Assembly: GCA_965243135.1 (NCBI GenBank)
Contig: OZ251539.1
Location: 896,001 to 960,000, forward strand
From: Alphaproteobacteria bacterium
GTDB taxonomy: Bacteria > Pseudomonadota > Alphaproteobacteria > MPNO01 > UBA830
Direction of reading: 5' to 3'
Length of the DNA: 64,000 nt
Shown: positions 50,998 to 61,216 of the stretch, piece by piece
How positions within the stretch are numbered: position 1 is the stretch's first letter
Layout: each line of letters begins with the position of its first letter
The notes under the pieces: generated by a model
Database searches by the model: none
The model's input: only the letters and a program-made list of their open reading frames with translations
What the model was told of the DNA's origin: nothing
Translations under genes and position numbers: made by a program

Positions 50998-52134
50998 TTA
51001 CCTTACGTTGGAGTCGCCGAGCGCCCGGTCGAGGGCGTTCTCGAGGTTGGCCGCGGCGCGGTCGACGTTCTGCAGCTTGTCCAGGCCGAACAACCCGATC
51101 CGGAAGGTGCGGAAATCGTCCGGTTCGTCGCACATCAGGGGCACGCCGGCCGCCGTCTGGATGCCTGCCCGGATAAATTTGGCGCCGTTCTGGATTTCGG
51201 GGTCTTCCGTGTAGCTGACGACGACGCCGGGCGCTTCGAATCCCCGGGCGGCGAGGCTCTTGAAGCCTCTTCGGGAGAGCAGCCCGCGGACGCGGCCGCC
51301 GAGCTCGATTTGCGCGGCGCGGGCCTTGTCGAAACCCCAGGCTTCCGTTTCCCGCATCGCGCCGTGAAACCGGACGATCGCGTCGGTGGGCATCGTCGCA
51401 TGGTAGGCGTGAGCGCCGTTTTCGTAGGCTTCCATGATCTGCAGCCATTTCCCGAGATCCGCGGCGAAGCTGGTGCTGCGGGATTCCCGGACAGCGGACC
51501 TGGCCCGTTCGGAAAGCATCACGAGCGCGCTGCACGGCGACGCGCTCCAGCCCTTTTGCGGCGCGCTGATCAGCACGTCGATCCCGATTTCGGCCATATC
51601 GACCCAGACCGTTCCCGACGCGATGCAATCGAGCGCGAACAGTCCGCCCGTCCGCCGGACCGCCTCCGCGACCTTGCGAAGGTAATCGTCGGGCAGGATC
51701 ATGCCGGAGGCGGTTTCGACGTGGGGGGCGAGGACCAGATCGGGACGGAACTCTTCGACGGCGGCGACCACGTCCTCGACCGGGGCGGGCGCATAGGCCG
51801 GCCGGGGGGCGTCTTCGACCGGGCGCGCCTTGAGCACCCTTTCTTCGGCCGGAATGCCGCCGGCTTCGAAGATCTGGCTCCAGCGGTAGCTGAACCAGCC
51901 GTTGCGGACGACAAGGCATTTTCGCCCGGTCGCCAGTTGGCGCGCCACGGCTTCCATGCCGTAGGTGCCGCCGCCGGGCACCAGCGCCACGGCGTCGGCA
52001 CCGTAGACTTTCCTGAGCGTCGCCGAGACGCCGGTCATGACGTCCTGGAACTTCGCGGACATGTGATTGAGCGAGCGGTCCGTGAAAACCACGGAGTATT
52101 CGAGAAGCCCCTCCGGATCGATCGGTCCAGGCAC
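50998..52134 (-). CDS. Class V aminotransferase (serine/alanine-glyoxylate type)
   Basis: LLEYSVVFTDRSLNHMS, HVETASG, DCIASG, SAPQKG; GTG after GGAGG. Confidence 0.88.
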   Translation of the reverse strand: MPGPIDPEGLLEYSVVFTDRSLNHMSAKFQDVMTGVSATLRKVYGADAVALVPGGGTYGMEAVARQLATGRKCLVVRNGWFSYRWSQIFEAGGIPAEERVLKARPVEDAPRPAYAPAPVEDVVAAVEEFRPDLVLAPHVETASGMILPDDYLRKVAEAVRRTGGLFALDCIASGTVWVDMAEIGIDVLISAPQKGWSASPCSALVMLSERARSAVRESRSTSFAADLGKWLQIMEAYENGAHAYHATMPTDAIVRFHGAMRETEAWGFDKARAAQIELGGRVRGLLSRRGFKSLAARGFEAPGVVVSYTEDPEIQNGAKFIRAGIQTAAGVPLMCDEPDDFRTFRIGLFGLDKLQNVDRAAANLENALDRALGDSNVR

Positions 52135-52148
52135 GTCATTCCTCCATG

Positions 52149-53516
52149 CTATGCGCGCGCGCTTTCTAACGGAACGGAAGCGGCAGTTCCAACGGCCCGG
52201 GGGAGGAACCGGTTTTCCGGGCGCGGCAGGCCCAGATTCTCGCGCAGCGTTTCGCCTTCGTATTCCCGGCGGAACAGGCCGCGGTCCCGGAGAACGGGAA
52301 TCACGCGATCGACGAAATCGTCGAGGCCTTGCGGCAGGTAGGGGAACATGACGGTGAAGCCGTCGCTGCCCCGGGTCTCCAGCCATTCTTCCATCTCGTC
52401 CGCGATCGTCTCCGGCGTGCCCACCATGGCGAGGCCGGAATAGCCGCCCAGACGCTTCGCGAGCTGGAGGACGGTCAGGCCCTCGCGTTCCGCCAGGTCG
52501 ATCGCGCGCTGACGTCCCGACTTGCTGGCGTTGCTCTCGGGTATCGGAGGCAGCGGGCCGTCGGGATCGAAACGCGAAGCGTCGCAGCCGAGAGAGATGG
52601 ACAACGACGCGATAGCGCTTTCGTCGTGAACGAGGCCGTCGAGCGCCAGCCGCTTCGCGCGGGCCTCTTCGACCGTATCGCCGACCACCACGAAGCAGGC
52701 GGGCATGATCTTGAGATGGTCGGGGTCGCGTCCGATCGCCTTCATGCGGCCCTTGACGTCCTCGTAGAACGCCTGTCCGGCCGCGAGGTCGGCTTGCGCC
52801 GCGAATACGGCTTCGGCCGTTTCGGCGGCGAGGCGGCGGCCGGCCTCGGATCCCCCGGCCTGAACGATGACCGGCCACCCCTGGACGGGACGGGCGATAT
52901 TGAGCGGTCCGCGCACGTCGAAGAATTCCCCGCGATGGTCGAGCACGTGCATCCGGTCCGGGTCGACGAAAATTCCGCTTTCCTGGTTGCGGACGAAAGC
53001 GTCTTCGGCCCAGCTGTCCCACAGGCCCGTCACGACGTCGTGGAACTCCCGGGCCCGCCGGTAGCGGGTCTCGTGGTCGAGATGCTCCTCGCGCCCGAAA
53101 TTCTTCGAGGCGTCGGGATTGGACGTCGTGACGATATTCCAGCCGGCGCGTCCGCCGCTGATGTGGTCGAGCGAAGCGAAGCGCCTGGCGATGTGGTAGG
53201 GCTCGTCGTAAGTCGTCGATCCGGTCGCCATCAGCCCGAGGCGGGCGGTGACCGTCGCGAGCGCCGAGAGGAGGGTGAACGGTTCGAAAGAGGTCGGGGT
53301 CGCGGATCGCCGCAACGCCTCCATCGGCATGTTGAGCACCGCGAGATGGTCCGCCATGAAGAAGCCGTCGAATTTCGCTTCCTCGAGTCTTTGCGCGAAA
53401 CGCCTCAGGCGAGGGAAATTGAAATTCGCGTCGGCCCACGAGCCGGGATAGCGCCATCCTCCGGCGTGAATGGTCGCCGGCCGCATGAACGCGTTGAGTC
53501 GCAACTGTCTGGCCAT
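52149..53516 (-). CDS. LLM-class flavin-dependent monooxygenase (NtaA/SnaA/DszA family)
   Basis: FMADHL, FEPFTLL, ARRFASLDHISGGRAGWNIVT, QAGGS. Confidence 0.9.
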   Translation of the reverse strand: MARQLRLNAFMRPATIHAGGWRYPGSWADANFNFPRLRRFAQRLEEAKFDGFFMADHLAVLNMPMEALRRSATPTSFEPFTLLSALATVTARLGLMATGSTTYDEPYHIARRFASLDHISGGRAGWNIVTTSNPDASKNFGREEHLDHETRYRRAREFHDVVTGLWDSWAEDAFVRNQESGIFVDPDRMHVLDHRGEFFDVRGPLNIARPVQGWPVIVQAGGSEAGRRLAAETAEAVFAAQADLAAGQAFYEDVKGRMKAIGRDPDHLKIMPACFVVVGDTVEEARAKRLALDGLVHDESAIASLSISLGCDASRFDPDGPLPPIPESNASKSGRQRAIDLAEREGLTVLQLAKRLGGYSGLAMVGTPETIADEMEEWLETRGSDGFTVMFPYLPQGLDDFVDRVIPVLRDRGLFRREYEGETLRENLGLPRPENRFLPRAVGTAASVPLESARA

Positions 53517-53652
53517 CGGTTCGCCTCCTGCCGGAGATTTACGCCGCAAGGAGCGCGGCGGCAAGGCGGGCGGCATGCGATTCGCTCGGCCGTCGACTAC
53601 GATCGCGCGGTCGGCCGCCGCGTCCTGCCGACGCGAAAGGGAGAGCCGCCGC

Positions 53653-54195
53653 ATGGCACGTTTGAACCCGCCCGATCCTTCGACTTACGACGAGGAACAG
53701 CGCCGCATCGCGGATTCGATCTCCTCCAGCAGGGGATCGATTCGGGGGCCGTTCGGAGTCTGGCTTCATTCGCCGGGGCTGGCCGATCCCGCGCAAAAGG
53801 TGGGCGCGCATCTTCGCTTCTCCTCGGAATTGCCCGGAAACCTGCGCGAAATCGCGATCTGCACGATCGCGCGGCACTGGCGGGCGAATTTCGAGTGGTA
53901 CGCGCATGCGCCGCTCGCCATCGAGGAAGGCGTGTCCGCGGAAGCGATCGAGAAGCTGCGCGTCGGCGAGACGCCGCGGCCGCTGACGGACGGGGAGGCG
54001 CTCGCGCACCGTCTCGCGAAGGAAATGATCGAGACGGGCGGCATGTCCGACGAGTCCTACGCCGCCGGGCTGGAGCGTCTCGGCGAACGGCAACTGGTGG
54101 ATCTGGTCGGCCTCTGCGGATACTACACTCTGGTTTCCTTCACGCTGAACGCGTTCGAGGTGCCCGTTCCCGGCGGGAAACCTCCTTTCGACTGA
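53653..54195 (+). CDS. Carboxymuconolactone decarboxylase family protein
   Basis: RGPFGVWLHSP, REIAI, FEWYAH. Confidence 0.8.
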   Translation: MARLNPPDPSTYDEEQRRIADSISSSRGSIRGPFGVWLHSPGLADPAQKVGAHLRFSSELPGNLREIAICTIARHWRANFEWYAHAPLAIEEGVSAEAIEKLRVGETPRPLTDGEALAHRLAKEMIETGGMSDESYAAGLERLGERQLVDLVGLCGYYTLVSFTLNAFEVPVPGGKPPFD

Positions 54196-54326
54196 TACGA
54201 GTCCGCGCTCCGAGGCGTTCGGCCGTCCGGGCGCTCCGCCAAAGAAAGCAGGCCTCGAGATCATCGCTCGAAGGTCGCGCAGGTCTCCGGCGAAGCGGCG
54301 TTGCAGGTTCGGCCTTTCCCGGCGCG

Positions 54327-55115
54327 TCAGGCGCCCTTGAAACGCGGAGGGCGCTTTTCGAAGAAGGCGGCCATGCCTTCCTTGTGGTCTTCCGACAGGA
54401 CGAGCGCCGACTGGGCGAGCCGCTCTATGTCGCGGCCGGTGTGCATGTCGGCGTTGACGCACATGTTGACGACGTGCTTCGCCATGCCCATCGCGAAGGG
54501 CGAGTTCTTCAGCAGGCGCTCCGCGTAGGCGTATACGCGGTCCATGAATTCGGCGTCCTGGTGGACCTGGCTGACGAGTCCGATGCGCCGCGCTTCGCGG
54601 GCGTTGATCGGGTCGGCGGTAATGATCAGTTCCTTGGTCTTGGCGAGGCCGACATGATGGATCATCCGGTTGCAGGCGCCGGAGGCAGGGATCGCGCCGA
54701 GCTGGTTCTCCACCAGGCAGAAGGTGGCGTTTTCGGACGCGATCGAGATGTCGCAGGAAAGGGCCAGTTCCACGCCGCCGCCGTAGCACAGGCCGTTGAT
54801 GGCGGCGATGACCGGAACCTCGAGCGCTTCGAGATCGTCGAAGGCCTGGTGCGCCTGACGATAGTAGAAACGGAACGCCGACTGGTTCAGCCGATCGCTG
54901 CCGAGCATGGCGAGGTCGACTCCTGACGAAAACGCCCGTCCGCGGCCGGTGACGACAAGCACCCGGATGTCGTTCTCGTAAGCGCATCGGGCGATCGCGT
55001 CCCGCCATTCGTCGAACATCTTTCGCGTGAAGGCGTTGAGCCTTTCGGGCCGATCGAGCGTCATGGTCGCGATGCCGTCGTCGCGCAGGTCGAAATCGAT
55101 CTCCGTGTAGTCCAT
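54327..55115 (-). CDS. Enoyl-CoA hydratase/isomerase family
   Basis: AFSSGVDL, AAINGLCYGGGVELALSCD. Confidence 0.9.
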   Translation of the reverse strand: MDYTEIDFDLRDDGIATMTLDRPERLNAFTRKMFDEWRDAIARCAYENDIRVLVVTGRGRAFSSGVDLAMLGSDRLNQSAFRFYYRQAHQAFDDLEALEVPVIAAINGLCYGGGVELALSCDISIASENATFCLVENQLGAIPASGACNRMIHHVGLAKTKELIITADPINAREARRIGLVSQVHQDAEFMDRVYAYAERLLKNSPFAMGMAKHVVNMCVNADMHTGRDIERLAQSALVLSEDHKEGMAAFFEKRPPRFKGA

Positions 55116-55245
55116 CCGGTTCTCTCCGTCCGTTCGAGGGTCCGATGGTAGGGGAAGATCCCGCCGGCCGAAAGACGTCCGCGGCGCCGATTGATTTTCG
55201 CCGTTCCTGGCGCAAACTGTCGCGAACTTCGGGAGGATCCGCGCC

Positions 55246-56802
55246 TTGCATTCCGCCGCTCGCATACTCGATCGCGCGGTCAGCTTCTTTCCTGACCGCC
55301 TCGCGATGGTCGACGGCGGCGTCAGGCAGACCTATCGCCAGCTCGGCGCGCGCGTCAGGCGCCTCGCCAACGCGCTGCGCGGCCTCGGTCTCGAGCGCGG
55401 CGACCGGGTGGCCATGCTCGACCTGAACACCTACCGCTACGCCGAAGCGTATTACGCCTGCGCCGCCGCCGGGCTTACGTTCATGCCTCTGAATTCGCGC
55501 CTCGCGGCCCCGGAGCTCGAGTACATCTTCGACGATTCCGATGCGCGCGCGCTGCTGCTGTCCGAGCCGTTTCTGGGACTCTGCGAGGAGGCCGGTCCGG
55601 CGTCGCTGAAGATCGGCCTCGACCTCGATCCCTGTCCCGCCGGCATGCGCGATTACGAGGAATTGCTGGCCGCATCGTCGGAAGCCGGTCCGGACGGCGA
55701 CGGCGACCCCGGCGACATCGCGCAGATCTACTACACGAGCGGAACGACCGGCGACCCCAAGGGCGTCTGCCTCACCCACGGCAACGTGTTCCATTGCGGC
55801 CTCGACTGCGTCGGCACGATGGATTTCCGTCTCGGCTCCACGTGGTTGCATTCGGCGCCGATGTTCCATCTCGCCGACGCGGTGGCGTTCTGGGCCGTTC
55901 CGCTGGTGGGCGGCGCGCAGGTTTGCGCGCGGTTCCGGCCGGACCGGGCGCTGGAGCTGATTCAGGCCGAGCGCGTCACGATCACCTCGCTTCCGGCGAC
56001 GCTGATCGCCATGATCGCCAATCACGGCGACGCGTCGCGGTACGATCTTTCCAGCTTGACGCAGATCATGTACGGGGGATCGCCGACTCCGCTGGGCGTC
56101 TTGCAGAAAGCGCAGGAGTTCTTTCCGTCGAGCTTGATGCTGCATACCTACGGCATCACCGAAACGACGGGCCTCGCCTGCTGCCTGCACCCGGCGGATC
56201 ACGATCTTTCGGCGGCGGAGGGAGGCGCCTACCGGGCGGCATCCTGCGGGCCGCCGACGCCGCTTGTCGATCTCCGCGTGGTGGACGACGACGACAACGA
56301 TTTGCCGCCCGGCGAGATCGGCGAAGTCCTTTGCGGCGGCCCCAAGATCATGAGCGGCTACTGGCGCAAGCCGGACCTGACGCTCGATGCGCTGCGCGGC
56401 GGATGGTATCATACCGGCGACGTCGGATACCGCGACGAGACGGGGCATCTTTATCTCGTGGACCGCAAGAAGGACATGATCATCACCGGCGCGGAAAACG
56501 TCTACTCCGTGGAGGTCGAGAGCTTGCTTTCCACTCATCCCGCCGTGCTCGAAGCCGCGGTGATCGGCATACCGCACGACCTCTGGGGCGAGCAGGTGCA
56601 CGCCGTCGTCGTCCGGCGCCCGGGAGCCGGCGAGGCGTCGGCCGAAGAGATCCTCGAACATTGCCGGGGCAGGATCGCCGGCTACAAGATCCCGAAGTCG
56701 CTCGAGTTCGTGGAAGGGCCGCTGCCCGTCACCGGACCCGGCAAGATCGCCAAGCGCCGGCTGCGCGATCCCTACTGGTCCGGGAAGGCGCGCCGGATCT
56801 GA
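55246..56802 (+). CDS. Long-chain acyl-CoA synthetase
   Basis: YTSGTTGDPKG, YGITE, GWYHTGD, TGAENVYSVEVE. Confidence 0.9.
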   Translation: MHSAARILDRAVSFFPDRLAMVDGGVRQTYRQLGARVRRLANALRGLGLERGDRVAMLDLNTYRYAEAYYACAAAGLTFMPLNSRLAAPELEYIFDDSDARALLLSEPFLGLCEEAGPASLKIGLDLDPCPAGMRDYEELLAASSEAGPDGDGDPGDIAQIYYTSGTTGDPKGVCLTHGNVFHCGLDCVGTMDFRLGSTWLHSAPMFHLADAVAFWAVPLVGGAQVCARFRPDRALELIQAERVTITSLPATLIAMIANHGDASRYDLSSLTQIMYGGSPTPLGVLQKAQEFFPSSLMLHTYGITETTGLACCLHPADHDLSAAEGGAYRAASCGPPTPLVDLRVVDDDDNDLPPGEIGEVLCGGPKIMSGYWRKPDLTLDALRGGWYHTGDVGYRDETGHLYLVDRKKDMIITGAENVYSVEVESLLSTHPAVLEAAVIGIPHDLWGEQVHAVVVRRPGAGEASAEEILEHCRGRIAGYKIPKSLEFVEGPLPVTGPGKIAKRRLRDPYWSGKARRI

Positions 56803-56849
56803 GCCCGCCGCGCCGCGGAAGCCGGTCGATACGTTACGGGAGTTCAAAG

Positions 56850-57863
56850 TTGGAAAATTTCGTTCGCAACGCCTGGTACGCCGCCTGCTGGTCCGGGGAA
56901 CTGACCGGATCTCCCCGCTCCCGGAGCCTCCTCGGTCTCGACGTCGCCTTGTTCCGCACGGAGTCGGGCCGGCCCGCGGCGCTCGAGGACTGCTGTCCCC
57001 ACCGGTTCGCCCCGCTGTCGATGGGAGGCGTGGAGGGCGAGCACATCGTCTGCGGCTATCACGGCATGAGGTTCGGCCGCGACGGCGTCTGCGTCGACGT
57101 GCCCGGCCAGAAGAACGTGCCGTCCCGCGCCCGCGTCCGCGCCTTTCCCGTCGTCGAGAAATACGGGGTGGCCTGGGTCTGGACGGGCGACGGCGATCGG
57201 GCCGACGAAAGCCTCGTTCCCGACGTTCACTGGCTCGACAAGCCGGGCTGGTCGTCGGTGACCGGGACGATGCGCTACGAGTGCAACTGGTTGCTGTTGG
57301 TCGACAACCTGATCGACCTTTCCCATACGACCTTCGTTCACAGGTCGACGATCGGCACCGACGACGTCGCGGCGACGCCGGTGACCGTGAAGCGCGACGG
57401 CGACGTCGTCACCGTCACGCGGCTCATGAACGACACGGAACCTTCGAACTTCTACAGGAAGGTGGGAGGCTTCGAGGGAAAGATCGATCGCTGGCACCGG
57501 ATATGGCTCGATCCGCCGTCGACCGTGGTCATCGACGCGGGCGGGGTTCCAGCCGGCGCGAAGGGCGGTGGCATAGACACCCGGATCATCAGCATGCTGA
57601 CTCCGGTGAACGGGCGATCCGTAGATCAGTTCTGGGCTTTTTCACGCGATTTCCGAACCGGCGACGCCGGGATCGACGAGATCATCGCCCAATCCATCGA
57701 CACGACCTTCAACGAGGACCGGGCCATCCTGGCCGGCCAGCAACGCAACTTCGAACGGATGCCGCATCGGCGGATGCTCAACAACGCGGCCGACGGCGGC
57801 GTCGCGCAGGCGCGCCGCGTCGTCGACCGGCTGCTCGCGGCGGAGAGCCGCGCCGGGACGTAG
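56850..57863 (+). CDS. Rieske oxygenase, vanillate O-demethylase (VanA)-like
   Basis: CPHR...CGYHG Rieske motif; DNLIDLSH..FVH mononuclear Fe site. Confidence 0.9.
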   Translation: MENFVRNAWYAACWSGELTGSPRSRSLLGLDVALFRTESGRPAALEDCCPHRFAPLSMGGVEGEHIVCGYHGMRFGRDGVCVDVPGQKNVPSRARVRAFPVVEKYGVAWVWTGDGDRADESLVPDVHWLDKPGWSSVTGTMRYECNWLLLVDNLIDLSHTTFVHRSTIGTDDVAATPVTVKRDGDVVTVTRLMNDTEPSNFYRKVGGFEGKIDRWHRIWLDPPSTVVIDAGGVPAGAKGGGIDTRIISMLTPVNGRSVDQFWAFSRDFRTGDAGIDEIIAQSIDTTFNEDRAILAGQQRNFERMPHRRMLNNAADGGVAQARRVVDRLLAAESRAGT

Positions 57864-57905
57864 CGCGCGGGCGAACGCGCGCTTTTGGGGGCGTCGAGGT
57901 TGCCC

Positions 57906-58115
57906 TTAGTCCAGCGCCACGATATTGTCCGCCGCCTGCCTTCCGTCGCGGCTGGGAACGAGTTCGAACTGAACCTTCTGACCCTCGCGCAGCCCGGTGA
58001 GACCCGCCCGCTCGACCGCCGAGATATGCACGAACGCGTCTTTTCCTCCGGCGTCGGGCTCGATGAATCCGAATCCCTTGGTTGAATTGAACCATTTCAC
58101 GGTGCCTGTCGGCAT
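57906..58115 (-). CDS. cspA: Cold-shock protein
   Basis: GTVKWFN, KGFGFI, FVHISA. Confidence 0.93.
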   Translation of the reverse strand: MPTGTVKWFNSTKGFGFIEPDAGGKDAFVHISAVERAGLTGLREGQKVQFELVPSRDGRQAADNIVALD

Positions 58116-58803
58116 AGCTACTTCTCCTTACAGTTACTGCGCAAGGATTGCGCAGCTTCGCTTCCTGTCCGGGTGTAGCTGGTCGAGGTCTTCGAAGAGT
58201 ACGCCTGGGCAGGCGTCAAGCGTACCGAACAGGTGCATGAAAAGCAAAAAGAGAATAACCGAAAGAAAATCGCGATCAGGATCCCGGTCCGCGACGGCCG
58301 CGAAGCGCGGAAAGCCCGCGGGCGCCTCTCGGGGCGGACGGTCTCCTTGCCCGTAAGCGCGCGGTGCCGAAGCGGGCGAAACGCGGCCTTTCGACCGCCG
58401 AGCGCGTCGAACGAAATTTCGGCGACCTCCGGGCGACGTTCGTCCCTGACTGCGGTATGCGAAGGATTTCGCAGGCGGCGAAGAATTCAGGATGGTTTTC
58501 GAAACGGACCCGCGTCGCCTGCGCGCGGCCGACGCGGTTTCAGCCCTCCGATGAACTCGGGTTCGTCGAGGGCGGTTTCGTACCGGTCTTCGCGGTGCCC
58601 GGCTGCCCGGAAAATGCCGTCAAGAAGCCGGCGGGCCGTTTCGCGCCCGAAACGAACCTCGCGCTACGCCTTCCTTCGGCCCGCCGTTCGCGCCCCCGTT
58701 CCGCGGGAGAGATCGCCTTTGCGCCGCCCCCTGTCGCCTCCGGAAGTCCAGCGCTTCGAAAGGGACGAGGTCGAACTTTTCCGGACAGACCGCAGGCCGC
58801 GTT

Positions 58804-59853
58804 CTACAGGGCGATTCGCGGCTGCGTCCTTGCGGTGCGGATGCCGCAGGTCCGGTGACGGAACGCCGGCGGGCGCGGCCGGATTTCCTCGTTCTGCAGC
58901 CACAGCCGCCAGAGATGGCGGGGGCGTCCAGGCCGGTCCTCGTAAGCGGTCCGAGAATGCATGGTGACGTGGCTATTGAGTATCTGAACGTCGCCGACCT
59001 TGAAGCTCATGGACAGGTGCAGCTCTTCGTTGATTTCGCCCATCAGGGCGAAAGCCGCCTTTTGCGCCGCGCTCAGCGGCGGATTTCCGGGCAGCGCATG
59101 TCCCTTCTCGATATGCTTTCTGCCCCCTGCGGTCGTGAGATACCCGTCGACGTAGTTGAAGATCGCGGCCTTGTACCAAGGAGCTTCGCCGGGGCCGACT
59201 TCGCCGTGCCGCGTCCAGTACATTTCCCGCGCCAGTTCCGCGGCCAGATCCGGCCTGCGGCGGACCATCTCGTTATGGACCGCGGCCGCGCTGACGATCT
59301 TCGATTGCCCGCCCGATTTGGCGGTTTCGAGGCAAAGCAGCGATACGACGTCGCACTGGTCCGTGTGGAACAGCATATGGGCGCTGGTCTGGTAGCCCCG
59401 GTGCTTCGGATTGTCGTAATCCTTGCCGAGGTCGATGACGCTGCCGATCATGTCGCCTTCGGGATTGTTCGACAACGGCCGCCCGATTCGCAGTCCCATC
59501 GCCCAATAGGCGACGGCGAGGTCGAGACGGTCCCATTCCCGCACCGGCATGCCGCGGATGAGTTGGAAGCCGCATCCGTCCCTGATCCGATGGAAGACTT
59601 CGTCCATTGCGCCGGCGAATGGGCCGAGGTCGAACGACGCGGGGTCGGCTCTCAGAATGCCGTTCGGGTCGTCGCCGATTTCCCTGCGCGCCCGCGCCGC
59701 GGTCTCGGCGAGCGCCGCCAGCTCTTCCTCGGTCAGAACGCGCAGCCAGTCCGTCCGCTTCGCGATTTCGGCTCCGGTCCAGACGGCCGGATCGGCGACC
59801 GGCTTTCCCGGCTCGGCCGGTTCGCGAAGAACGGTTGGCGCTTTGTCGAGCAT
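58804..59853 (-). CDS. TauD/TfdA family dioxygenase
   Basis: FHTD, HSRT, RHLWRLW. Confidence 0.85.
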   Translation of the reverse strand: MLDKAPTVLREPAEPGKPVADPAVWTGAEIAKRTDWLRVLTEEELAALAETAARARREIGDDPNGILRADPASFDLGPFAGAMDEVFHRIRDGCGFQLIRGMPVREWDRLDLAVAYWAMGLRIGRPLSNNPEGDMIGSVIDLGKDYDNPKHRGYQTSAHMLFHTDQCDVVSLLCLETAKSGGQSKIVSAAAVHNEMVRRRPDLAAELAREMYWTRHGEVGPGEAPWYKAAIFNYVDGYLTTAGGRKHIEKGHALPGNPPLSAAQKAAFALMGEINEELHLSMSFKVGDVQILNSHVTMHSRTAYEDRPGRPRHLWRLWLQNEEIRPRPPAFRHRTCGIRTARTQPRIAL

Positions 59854-59949
59854 GCGCCCATTCTACGCGGAGTCGGCGAGAAGATCCATTCGTGCGCGGT
59901 GCCGGTTCCGCCCTGCGCGGGCGCGTCCTGCGGAACTGTCGGCCGGGTT

Positions 59950-60484
59950 TCATTCGACGCGGATGACGAGCTCGCTGCGAACGTGACCCGTTTCGCTCAG
60001 ACGATAGGTTTCGACGGCGCGGTCCAGCGCGAACGTTGCGCCGACCGTCGGGCGCACCGCGCCTTCCTCGAGCAGCGCCGCGATACGCTTCGTTCCCGCG
60101 CATTCGTAAGCGACCGGCGGCGTCGAAATGCGAATGTCCTCGCGCCGGGGGCTGTCGGGAACGGGCGCGGCATTGAGGCCGACCAGCGGGACGCCGGGTT
60201 TGAGTGCGCTTTGCGAGCGCAGGAGAACGTCGCCGCGGGCCGTGACGACGTCGAGATCCGAAACCGCGTCGCGGAAATCCGCGGCTGCGTAGACCGCGGC
60301 CAGCTCCGCACGGCTGCCCCAGCGGGTTGGAGGGCAGACGCCGAACACCTCGTCCCCGACCGCGAATTCCGGCGCGTTCGATCCCGTTCCGACGACGATT
60401 CCCGAAAGGTCGCGTCCTGGAACGTCGAGGAAGTCGAGTTCGAAACGCCCGCGCATGAGTTCGTTCCGCACCTTCCAGTCGATC
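59950..60484 (-). pseudogene. NADP-dependent quinone-oxidoreductase (MDR) family, C-terminal part
   Basis: IDWKVR..PGRDLSG.V...VGDEVFG; internally deleted; N-terminus lies at 63058-63182. Confidence 0.8.
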
Positions 60485-61216
60485 GTAAGCGTTCGGCCGC
60501 GGGGTGACCTGTCCGTTCCGCCTGCAGTCCCGGTGCAGGGCAGGCTCCCGTTGACTTTGCGTTGCATTTCCGGGGTTCCTGTTTCCTCAGGCTTTCGCGA
60601 GTCTCCCAAGCCACGGCTTCGAGCGAGCCCTGAAGGTTCGGCGGCGGAAGCCCGCCTCGCTCGACCGAACGAGCGGAACGTTCCCGTCCGACGGAACCGT
60701 TGCCTGAAGTTCAGGCGTTTCGCCGCTTACGGCGTATGTCGTCATGCGCACCGCCCCTGCCGTCGCCTCGAGGACAGAGCCTGGCAGCCTCCCTCGACCA
60801 GCCTCTCGCCCTGGCGCAAACGTCTCTCCTTTGACGATCGGTGCCGCGGGTCTCCGGAACCGTCTCCGGAAAGGACGCTTATGACCGCCTTCGAGATCGC
60901 CAACCTCGCCATCGCTTCCGCCGCCGTGGCCGTCGTCGCGGCCGTCGTCGCGGCCGTCGGCGTATGGCGTCCGCGCCAACGACGAACGCGGGCAACAACA
61001 GCGCGCGGCCACGCAGCAGCGCGAAGCCGAAGAATGCCGCCACGAGGAGAACATGACGGCGCTCAAGGCGCCGATAGCCGGCTTCGAACGCCAGACCGCC
61101 GCGCTGTAAACCGTCGTCGAACGAACGGCGTCCGGACCCGCGACGTCATGACCGCTTTCGCCAGCATCGCCGCAGGAAGGCCTCGCGACGGCCTGGCAAA
61201 GCCGACTGACGGCGGT

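Noticed and set aside
50998-53457. 819-aa fusion of an unknown domain to the aminotransferase
   Set aside because: N-terminal part is an alternate frame of the LLM gene; real start is GTG 52134 with an RBS
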